In this document: positions 40,190-51,300 of the stretch, piece after piece
Layout of the letters: the number at the start of each line of letters is the position of its first letter
Numbering within the stretch: the first letter of the stretch is position 1
Assembly: GCA_030704615.1 (NCBI GenBank)
Contig: CM060733.1
Coordinates: 34,286,001 to 34,350,000 of the forward strand
Direction: 5' to 3'
Origin: Takakia lepidozioides
Lineage: Eukaryota > Plantae > Bryophyta
Length of the DNA: 64,000 bases
Notes under the pieces: generated by a model
Database searches by the model: none
What the model was told of the DNA's origin: nothing
The model's input: the letters and a program-made list of their open reading frames with translations, nothing else
Program-made: the position numbers and the translations under genes

Positions 40190-41798
40190 TCAGACAGGAG
40201 GCACTGCTGCGCAGTCAACATTTTCCCCAGGATTTACACCCAGCAAGATAGCGAGCATCTTGTACAACTGCACGCGGCTCTCTCCGTCAGACGTGGATGT
40301 TCCACACCCAAGATCTCCGTTGAGGACGTTGATTGTGGTGCCAAATCCTGGCAAGCGATTGGCAGCAATGTCCAAAGTCGAGGGCACCCAGTCCCCAACC
40401 ATCACTGAGTGTGCCGACGGCTTGTCACCAGCAGCAGTCATCCACACCCAAATAGCAGTCTTGAATGAGATAATTGGATCCTTTGCCACCAGGGAAGGAG
40501 TCTCGAGAAGATTTGCGCCTATGGACTGGCCGGCTGCTCCATAGTTGTAATTCCTACACAACACGGGTCGAATCAGGCAGACTATTAAAATACATGTAGA
40601 CCAAATGTCGCACTTGCTATAGGATATCGTATACATCTTCATTCTTACATTGTGTTCGCTATGTAGATTTCGCTTACATTTGGAGTTTGACCAAGTTAAC
40701 TATCTAGACCCGGCTCTTCTTCCGCTAGCTTTACGAGACAAGGTGTGCTCTCAAAATGGACCATCTTGAATTGTATACTTCGAACTTGTCTGCTCGAGAA
40801 GATAGAACCGCCTCCTGGCACCGAAGCATATCTTCTGAGCCTAGATCAAGTAATAGATGAGAAACAATTGCAACGTACTGATCAATCCTAGAACAGTCAT
40901 CAGAGCAAATGATATAGTTCTACATAATTTTCTTCTATCGACCAGACTGAGAGAAACATAACTTGTCAACTGACGACTGACTTTCCAGCCCGCCTAGTAT
41001 AGCAGGTAGTGATTAAGCTATTTACCAGGACACTAGCAGCGGCCCACGGCCGTAATACTTCTGTGTAGGCGCACATGGGTATAATGCAACAGTGCTTTGG
41101 TCACAGAAGACCTGGTCAGACTCGTCGTCCTTTCCAACGACTGCGAGACCTGCAATACATACGTGCTGTGTCATATGGCATCCAGGAAATGAATAGCACA
41201 GTTCTACAGCCATTGATCTCAGAATGAATGCGCTACAGCTCAAATTTACAGTTAAAGAGCTAAAACCTCATTCCGTCGCATATGGGCTTGGACAGTATGA
41301 ACTGTGTCGGAAACGGAACAAGGAACAACCTGAGGTCTCCTGATGCACATGAGCGGCAAATGCTGCCATTTCTCTCTTCCGGACAGCGAGGTCTCCACTA
41401 TTTACAAACTCGGGAAAGGCACCAGCAGCAGCAAGAAAGGCTTCGTATGTGTAGAAGCTGTTGCGGTTTGGAAACATTCGATCGTAAACCTGTTTGCTTA
41501 CCATCTCAGCTACGGTGGATGAGGTCCCAGCTGAGGTGGAAAGGGTTTTTACAAATCGATTAGGCATGCATTTTATCGGCTGACGACGACCGTTGTATCC
41601 TCCACTTGGACTCGTTTGACAGATTCCTACACCGCAGTAATTGGGGCCGCATTGGCCTTCCGTTGAGCAACAATCAGCATTCTCACAATTACGGTTGCCT
41701 GCCATCGGTCCACATATAGCAGACGTTGCTCCACTGTGCACCAGCGCGCACCCAAGTGACACCAACACAACCAAAACATAGCTCAGTGAGGATGCCAT
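40190..41798 (-). CDS. GH19 chitinase-like protein with signal peptide and hevein-like domain, 3 exons
   Basis: Exons 41798-41330, 41149-41026 and 40553-40190. Motifs CG......C....CCS..G.CG...C, FYTYEAF, REMAAF.AHV.QETSG, YYGRGP..SWNYNYG and SFKTAIW.WM. Confidence 0.9.
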
Positions 41799-42200
41799 GA
41801 CTGGAGGTCGAAATCAAGACACGAGAGAACGAGTCCACAGAGATTGATCAGCAGCTCTCTATCTAGATCAGAACTTCAAGCACCACACCAGTGAGATGCT
41901 ATGGGGGTAGACGGTCATGCCATTATATAGTCTTGAGGGTGTAAGGCTACTTGATGAATTTTTTGGGGGGTACTCAGTGGGGGATGAAAGCCATGGGCTT
42001 TCTCTCTCAACTGTGCGTGAGGGAGTGCCATAATAAAGTACCATATGCACTGCTTGTATTGCAATCAGAGCGTTACAGCTTTGATGTTACCTTAAACCTA
42101 CCCACCCCAACGTTTCAATGGTACCTTCCAAGGACCTTGCACTGATTTCATCTCATTGGGGCGTTACCCCACTGCCATGAACTTTTGGGGCTAGTATGAG

Positions 42201-42681
42201 CGTGTTGGACTGGTATATAATACTAGTATATGTACTGGTATTAGATACCAGACCAGTGGTATCATTTGGGAGAATACTTGGTTATATACCAGACCAGGCT
42301 GGTATCAGTTCTTTCATACCAGCCACAATACCAGTACTCCCCCACGGTCTTCCTCATTTACTCTGGTATGTAAATTAATTTATGTGTACATATGCCTGTA
42401 TATTTGTACTTAAGTATATTTAATTCTTTATGTATACTTTACTTGTTTTCACTTGATATCTGCCATTTGACAAATCTATAACTCAAGATGGCTTTGGAAT
42501 GATACCAGAGTTGATATCTCAGACCAGCTGGTATTGGGATCATGATACTCATATTCATACCAGTATCTGGAAATAAAATACATTCACCATTATATAGACC
42601 ATACTGGTATGAAAGTTTTGTGATGCATCTGGTACCAGGACCAGTCTGGTATGTAAAAAACTTGATACCAGTCCAACACTG
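42201..42681. mobile_element. Non-autonomous hAT-like MITE (copy 2)
   Basis: TIR GTGTTGGACTGGTA...TACCAGTCCAACACTG. Similar to 4638-5114. Confidence 0.7.
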
Positions 42682-43262
42682 ATATGAACAAGTCCTGTCA
42701 AATATTGTTGGTATTTCCAGCTGCCTCTCACAGCATTCCCATACTTAGATCTCCCAATCCTTAGAGAGAAATTCATTCTTCCGCGTCGTAAAGCACCATT
42801 TCATTGTGTCCAAGACTAACCGTTCCTCCACAAAGCTTTCTGCCGTAGGCATACACATTGAAGGGGGTGAATGATAAAGATGTTGGTTTGGATCATGTGG
42901 ACCCTTTGCTAGGCTTTTCATCTTAATGTAGTAGTGGGAGAGATGGATGTCAGGATTGTCGTCTGGTGAGATGTCTCCTTCAGAATGTCCCTCATGTCTT
43001 ACATGTTCTTACATCCAGACTCAGTGCATCTCATGAACCTTGAGTTGGCTTCAAACAAGGAGCAAGGAAGACACATTCACTGTACTGGTCTACCTTGCAT
43101 AACCTGTTGACAAAACTCAGGCAGAACAAGGTTCTCCATGACTTCAATGCTGCTATGTGAATGAGAATTGAATTGCAATCCTCACCATGGGCCGCCGTTG
43201 CAATACTAGCTGTTGCACTAAATGATACAAAATGGTTTTTGCCAACTTGACTCTTTAGTGTG

Positions 43263-46200
43263 TCAAAAGTACTCCCCACAAGAACAACCCCCGTCTTGGA
43301 AATGGTGAAAGCGGATGGCATCCCGTACAATGATAGCTCGCCCAGTTATCTTTGAAATGAACCTGGTGGCTGTGTGGCAGTCACCACATATCCGAAGGTT
43401 CTTAATAACACGGAGAGGCATCCCAGGGGAAGTGCTGATCAACCCAAAAGCTATGGCCAGCTTCTCACTGTGGTGGCAAAGAGAAATTTCCATTTGCTCA
43501 TCCTCCACATCATGCAATACAAAGCGCATGTCAGACACATACCCTGCCTCCTTCATATGCCAGGACAATCTCCGCAGCTCAGCATGGATTTCCTCAATCT
43601 GTGGATGCAATTTGTCATCTACCAAGAATTTATGTATCCTGTTATCGACCTCAATACAGGAGCAACCTGGCTCCTTCCTGACACTTCTGACCTTCATCAT
43701 TCTTCTCACCTTTGCAGTATCGGTCCACCTGCCAGCTGCAGCGTAGATATTCGATAGCAGCACATAAGTTGCAGCATCCTGTGGATTCCACGCAAGAATA
43801 GATTTTGCGGCACGCTCTGCCACTTCCACATTCCCATGGATTCGGCAGGCACCCAGCAACACCCTCCACACAAAAGCATGTGGTTTGATTGGCATATTGT
43901 GAATGAAGTCCTCTGCCTCATCCAATCGCCCTGCACGGCCAAGAAGATCCACCATGCAACCAAATTGCTCTCCTGTAACAGTGAGGCCATGATCCTCACT
44001 CAAAGACTTCCAGAGATCTTTCCCTTCATCAACTAGGCCAACATGACTACATGCAGAGAGAAGACACAGAAATGTTGTACCAGTTGGCTTTAATCCTTCC
44101 TGTTGCATTTGTTTGAATAGATCCAGGGCCTCCCTACCGCGACCATGTTTAGCATACCCTGCGATCATTGTGTTCCATGAGACCACATCTCGTTGAGCCA
44201 TGCTGTCAAACATTCGATTTGCATCCTGTATGTTCCCGCATTTGGCATACATGTCGACCAGGGCAGTGCCCAATTTGATATCTGGTACAATTTCGGCTTT
44301 CATGATTTCAGCATGGACCTTTCTGCCCTTTTCCAGGGCTGCCAAGCTGGCACACGCATTGAGAACACAAACAAACGTGACCTGATCTGGAATCATACCT
44401 TCCAGTATCATCTGCTCATACGTCTCCAAAGCCTCCCTACCACACCCATGCTGGGTGTATCCTGCGATCATTGCATTCCATGAGACCACATCTCGATGAG
44501 CCATACTGTCAAACACTTGATGCGCATCCTTTATACTCCCACATTTAGCATACATGTTGACCAAGGCAGTGCCCAGAATGCTACCAGGCACAATTCCGGC
44601 TTTGACGATGTCAGCATGCACCACTTTGCCCTTCTCCAGAGCTGCCAGGCTGATACATGCCTTGAGGACAGAAACAAATGTGAACTGGTTGGGCATCACA
44701 TTTTTCCGTATCATTTGCTCATAGGTCTCCAAAGCCTCCTTACCAAAACCCAGCCGGGCATATCCTGCAATCATTGCACTCCATGAGACCACATCTCGCT
44801 GAGCCATGTTGTCAAATGCTTGACACGCATCCTTTATACTCCCACATTTGGCATACATGTCAATCAAGGCCGTGTCCAGAGTGATACCAGGCTCAATTCC
44901 AGATTTCATAATTTCAGCATGGACCTCCTTGCCCTTCTCCAGCGATGCCAGGCTGGCACAAGCATTGAGAATGGAAGTGAACGTGACCCGGTCAGGTGTC
45001 AGCCCTTCCTTTATCATTTGCTCATAAGTCTCCCAAGCCTCCCTAGCCCGACCATGCTGGGCATACCCTACAATCATTACACTCCATGAGACCACATCCC
45101 GTTCAGCCATATTGTCAAACACTCGATTAGCATCATTTATGCTCCCACACTTGGCGTACATGACCACAATTGCAGTGTTCAGAATGATATTTGGCACAAT
45201 TCCAGCTTTAATGATATTGGCATGGACCTCTTTTCCCTTCTCTGGAGCTGCCAGCCTGGTACATGCCTTGATAATGCAAACAAACGTGACCTGATTTGGC
45301 ATCACTCCTTCCTGTGTCATTTGTTCATAGATCTCGAAGGCCTCCCTAACTTGGCCATGCTTAGAATATCCTGCCATCATTGTATTCCACGTACACAAGT
45401 CTCGCTCAGGCATTTTGTCAAACACTAGGCGTGCATCCACAACGCTCCCACACTTGGCATGCATGTTTATGAGAGTGTTGTGTAGAAAGATGTTCGGTTT
45501 GAATCCACTTTGGATAATGTGGGCCTGCACCTGTTTTCCCTCTGCTAGAAGTTTCCTCTTAATGCACTCCTGCAAGAGACAGACATAAGTGTTGGAGTCT
45601 GCTGAAATGCCTCCTTCATTCAAAATGTGCAATGCCTCTTTCAGTTGTCCTCCCTGACATTGTGTGATCACATCCTCGCAAGTGCCAGAAGAAACCTGGT
45701 GGACTCCATCTTTTTGTCCTTCAAAAGAAGTCGTCATGGTGGAGGTGCCTGATTCAGTCAACTGCGCTGCCCCTACTTCCAGTTGGTCATCTACCCATGC
45801 AGGTTTATTGTAGCTCGCAATCCACAGTGCCTCCTTGGTTATCTTGTGCTTGAAATCTGGCCCACTAGGATAGATCTGCACCCACACTCCCCTGCCTTCT
45901 TCAGGTATCCCTGCCTGCGTATATCCTCCTCCTTGCCACAAGTAGCTGACACTGACAACCCATAACTTACACAGCAGATACCACCAACCCGTACCAAACA
46001 CTGGCTCCTATGCGGAAATCCTGCCAGGACTTTCAAAGTGTGTGTGACCGAGAGAGGAAGAATGGCGTTCTTGACAGAGTGAGTATTCAATGCATCTTGT
46101 TGTCTGCTTCTGCTGTGACATAACAGGCATTCACCTTTCTGCCTCGATTGTCCCACCATTGACTGGGGTTTGCAAAATATTCCTTCCAAAGCTTCTCCTC

Positions 46201-47500
46201 GTCTCTATTTTTTTTCCTTGGATATTTGTCTGCACTTCCAGTAGCAGTAACATGTCAAATCACTCAGAAGCACAAGTAATCCACAAAACAAGCAAACTTA
46301 CAAAGCCCATGACAAAAAAGAAGTGCACTTGTTCAAGTGAACCCCGTGAGGAAAGGGGGAATAAAAAAAATCTTGACCCACAGTTGTGACCTGATCCATC
46401 TGATGGAGGACAAAACAAGCCTCAATGCTGAAGAAGAAGGAAGACACTCTCACAAGTCCTTAATCTACCCTCATGATACTTACCCCTATCCGCATCCAGC
46501 TTTTCCAATTCCCTCTTCACCCATCCAGGTTTCTTGTAGCTCTCGATCCAGAGTGCCTCCTTAGTACTCTTGTGCTTCAAATCTGGTCCGCTAGGACAGG
46601 TCTGCACCCAAACTCCATGCCTGCCTCTGTCAGCTATGCTTGCCTCTGCAGCCAAATGCATACATCCACCCCCTCACCCCAAGTAATTGACTATGACAAC
46701 ATTTTTTAATATGGCAAAGACGCCACCTCTGCGGGCACTCTATGTTGCATTGGTGAGTAGACTGAAAATATGCTGCGAGAAAAAGAGAGAATGACCTTGC
46801 CGGACATACCCTTGCTGACTAGCCACTGGATACTTAAAACCTCCGGTTGTCAGTCGGCAATGTGATTTCAACCCACCAGGGTCAGACTGCTCACATCAAC
46901 GGAGTGAGTGCAACATTTCTGTGCCAGCTTTAAGGTTGATCCAGCACTGCTCCACTACCTTGAAGCAAATTCGAGAAGACATGGCGCACGCAAAAAGAGA
47001 GAGAAATGAAATGAAATGTAATGGTGCTTTATAACGTCCGCGGAGAGAAAGAGAGAGAGACCCTGGCCACCAACATAAATCGGCAGGCAAATTAAAGGCT
47101 TGTTGTCTTCTTCTCCTGTAACACAACAGCAGGTATTCACCTTATTGCCTCGATTGTCCCACCATTGACTTGGATCTGCAAAATATTTCTTCCAGAGATT
47201 CTCCACGTCCGTATCCTTGCTTTCTCGATATTCATCTTTGTGGCCTCCTTGCTCATTCCCCTGCCCATTAACGTCGACCTCTTCTACTGGTCTCCATTCC
47301 CCCACATTCGACTCGAAACTGTTTGAAGCAAATTGAAATGCAATGCGGTTCGGAGATTGGACAGGGATCCCGTACATATTGTACATGCCACACCTACTTG
47401 ACGCTCTCACTACAGAGTCAGGCTTGCCAGCCGCGAGAAGCTTGTGAGTGCCTGGACAACATGGGGAGGACGGCAGGTTCTGCACACTTATTCCCTGCAT
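43263..47500 (-). CDS. PDF-PDF-PLS PPR-E-DYW protein B (~1061 aa, 17 PPR motifs, ends EYF)
   Basis: Exons 47500-47141, 46601-46484, 46229-46135 and 45875-43263 are GT-AG and in frame. PG box, HSEKLA and CGDCH intact. The start codon is inferred. Confidence 0.88.
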
Positions 47501-48369
47501 CGCTGCTCCTTCTGCAACACTTTCTTGAGACAACCCAAATTATGGAAAGGCAAGCAAGTGGGTGACACGAGCACGTCACCGTCACCTATGCCCAACTCTG
47601 AGCTCTTCTCTTCTCTCCTCTTCTCTTCTTCCCTCTGCTAGTGCCTGACTCCTAGTGTGAAGAAATCTTAGCACCGAAAAAGACAGAATTACCTTCATCA
47701 AAACCTGACCCCCTTGCTTGCCTGATGAGACAACTTTGCTTTAACTCGAAATTAGGGCAACCGGTTGCCCAATCCCAGCAGTGACAGGGGCCACTCTATG
47801 GCACTGGGTTGAGAGCTAGCGTGTGACTGTAGGACATTGTCTGCTAGAGGGAGTTGAATCACCTGGCTGGAGATTTCCTCTGTAATTTGGGTCATGCCAC
47901 AGAATCTTTTAAGAATCTACCCCGGATATAGCATTACCGACTTAGGCAGGGGAAGTGCATGGAGTCACGAGTGGGATGGATCATGGGACCCACACGTTTG
48001 GCCTCTCACGTGCTTATGTACCCAAGTCGCGGACACTGCGGAGCAATAAGTTCAAACTCCGACACGGTCACCCACATGCTTACACCATTAGATCACTGAC
48101 ACCGACATTGCAACATTACAAAATTCAAACATGTGTACCGACGCCTCTGAAGTTTACCGTCGCTGCGGAACAACGTCGAGAAATGCCACTTCCCCTGACG
48201 TAAAGAAATTGCCATTATTTTTTATCGTATTGTCATGTCATCAGACGACATCTCCAGGCCTGGGCCAGATGGATTTTGGGTAGAGGGAGATCCAATAAAT
48301 ACAAAGAAAAATAATGACAATCTCTTTACGCAAGTAAAGGACGCGGTAGCACCTAGCCCTACAGATTTA

Positions 48370-51300
48370 TTTTTTTTGGAAAGGGGACAGAGGCCCTTTT
48401 AATCAAATTAAATAAATAAGGTTCACATAAGGTGGAAAAAATAACCACCGGGGAGGCTGTAAGGCTAATAACTGAAGGGAAACATCCCGTAGCCATAGCA
48501 AACGAGCTATATGAAAAGAAACAACGCAGAGCAGATAGCAAAGCAAGTCGGGCAGAGGAGAGAGAGATGGACAAGTAGCAAAGCGTAAGGGAGATTGCTG
48601 GTAAGCAGCGTCAAGGAAGCAACGAGAGATGCAAGTTTCAGATAAGCCTAAAGGAGAAATTGAGTCTGCAAACACAATGGCCCTAGGCTGAAGACCCAAA
48701 CTGAAGGAGAAGAAGGTCCCATAACCAACTGGCGAAGCTGCAATCTAAAAAAAAAAGATACCAAAGGCCCCACCGCCTGCAACCAGAGATACAGGCTTCA
48801 GATAAGCCTAAAGGAGAATTTGGCCTGCAAACCCAATGGCCCTAGGCTGAAGACCCAGACTGAGGGAGAAGAAAGGTCCCATGACCAATTGGCCGAGGCA
48901 GCAAAACTAAAAAGAAATATACCAAAGGCCCCACCGCTTGCTGGCAAGCAGAGATGGACAACAAATCTGCAAGAGGTGATCCCAAACAGGGCCTGCGTGC
49001 GAAAAAAAACACTTAGAATCGTAAGAAAGGAAGCCTCTAGAAAGGAAGCCATCTAGAAGCGCAATTGGGTTCGAAACTTGGTCACTCGAACCTTCTTGTG
49101 CCTCCAATTGAAGTCCCCTCCGTCTCCATCACCAGGAGACATCCCATGTAGTTGGAGTGGAGATTTGCCAGCAAAAGCATTCGTTGGAAACACTAGCTCC
49201 GAGAATGCCATTTTTACCCAGGACTGTTGAAAATCAGTGAGGAGCTTCCTCCCACGCAGTTCTGAAGATGTGGAAATAGGTGCAGACATTACGCCCCATT
49301 CTTTTCTCCCCTCAGTAAGCAGGTCTTGATATATGCAAAAAATGCTTGACCTACCCCTGGGGGGTTTGCCCTCATACACAAATGAGCACCTAACTTTCCA
49401 AATGTTCCACAAAGTAATAGCCCTAAGACTTGTCCAGACAGGGCAGTTACATAGAGTTTGGTCAGGCAAGATGTTCAGAAGCAACAAAGAGGGTGGGGGG
49501 GGGGAGATGGAAAGGACGTTCAGTTGGCATAGAACCTCATCACTGCTGCCCAGATGTTAGAGGAGAACTGACATCCAGTCAAGCAGTGCTCTATCAATTC
49601 TGGCAAAGCATTACACAAGTTGCAGGAGGTATTGTTGAGAAGGGTCTAAGCATTCACGGGCAAAACTCTATGCACAAGCTTCCACAAAAATCTCAAAATC
49701 TTGGCCGCTCTCTCCTTCTTCCACATATCCTTCCATATCAGGTCCCAGCTGGCCTGTGCCAGATTTAAGTGACCCCACTTTTCTGTCCACTTGGAAAGGA
49801 ATGACATGGTTGGTTTCAACATCAAGTAACCCTTCTTAGCAGAATAAGAGAAGAAGGGGGATTTTTGGTTGTCCTTCCATCTCCACTCCCCAGGGTCAAA
49901 CTGCAGGGCAGCCAGGGGGCACGAAAGAAACCAGGTGAAAGTAGATTATGAAGCCCATCTCACTTCCTGTCCCAATGCAACAATCCAGTGCAATGATTGA
50001 GCCCATAGAGGAGAGGAAGAGGGCATGGCTCCCATCAGGTAGGGTTGAATAAGTTTGCTCTAGGGGCTGTGGCGATGAGCTACGGCTTGAGGTATCCATT
50101 TGGCCAAAAGTGTTTTTATCCGCGTTACCGGATCAAGAATCCCGAGCCCTCCTTTGGATTTGGGTTGGCACAGCTGCTCCCAAGAGATTGGGGCCATTCT
50201 CACTGGCGCTTGTGTGGTCGCACCCCATATGAAATTCCAAATCAGAGCCTTTATTTCTTTCACCATTGAGGTACCCGGGTCCCAGACAGCAGCAGAAAAC
50301 CATGTGGAAGCAAGGAGCACTTGGTTGGCCACCAGGGTTCTCCCCGCAATGGAGAGCATGGAGGAGCTCCAATGGGCCAAAGTTCTCCTTAGCTTAGCAA
50401 TGACAGCCTGCATTCTACGTTGCTGGGATATGTTTATACCAATTTGATGGCCCAGTAGTGTGTGAGACTCTCCCACTTGAAGCCAATTTAGGCCAATGTC
50501 CAGTCCCCAAGAATTGCAATGCGAGGTAGGTGCCTGGTTTTGTAACAATGAGAGGAGGCCCATGGATTTCCTCCAATTGATTTTCAGACCAGATCCCAAG
50601 CAAAAAATTTGCAAAGCCTGCAGAGCTCGGTCAATATTGTCTTGGGTGGAGTTGTCCAGCGAAAGAGTAGTGTCGTCAGCATACATGGAGAGTTTGACCA
50701 TTTCTGGCATAAAGGTTGGTAGCTGAAGGCCCATGATGTCTTGTCTAGCTTGAAACAGATGCCCGAGCGAGTCTGCATCAATCAGAAAGAGGAAGGGTGC
50801 CAATGGGCACCCTTGCCTAACTGATCTAGAAATAGGAAAGATTTGGAGATCACTACATTAACTATAACATTACTAGAAGCAGACTCAAGCAAAACTTTCA
50901 CCCAAGACGAGAAATGGCCACCAAGACCAAACTTATCCAAAGCTGCCAGCAGAAAGGACCAATCTATTGAATCAAAAGCTTTCTCGAAGTCTAGCATGAG
51001 AAGGGCAAGGGGTTGGTTATTTAGAGTAGCTCTGTGAAGTGCCTCATGTACCAACAAAATGTTGTCAAGTATCATGCGATCTTTGAGAAAATCAGTCTGG
51101 TCCTTTCTTATGATTCTAGGTAGCAAGGGTTGCAACCTTAAAGCCAGTGTCTTGGCTATAATTTTGTAAGTAGAATTGAGAAGTGTGATGGGACGGTAGC
51201 TAGCCACATTGTCTCTCTCTCCTTTTTTGTAGATAAGGGTGATGAGACCTTCAGACATCTGTGAGGGCATCACCTTCTTCTGCAAAATATCATTAGCCAT

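Noticed and set aside
33984-45965. Many + strand ORFs overlapping the PPR genes
   Set aside because: They are antisense shadows of the repetitive PPR coding sequence, with no independent motifs.
45876-46001. N-terminus of the 912-aa ORF as called by the ORF track (and MWVQ of the 1076-aa ORF)
   Set aside because: These use non-ATG starts within introns. A cag acceptor precedes the conserved PDF half-motif.
46805-46960. Possible extra exon in intron 1 of PPR gene B
   Set aside because: It has splice-like ends but a stop in the required frame and no recognisable motif.
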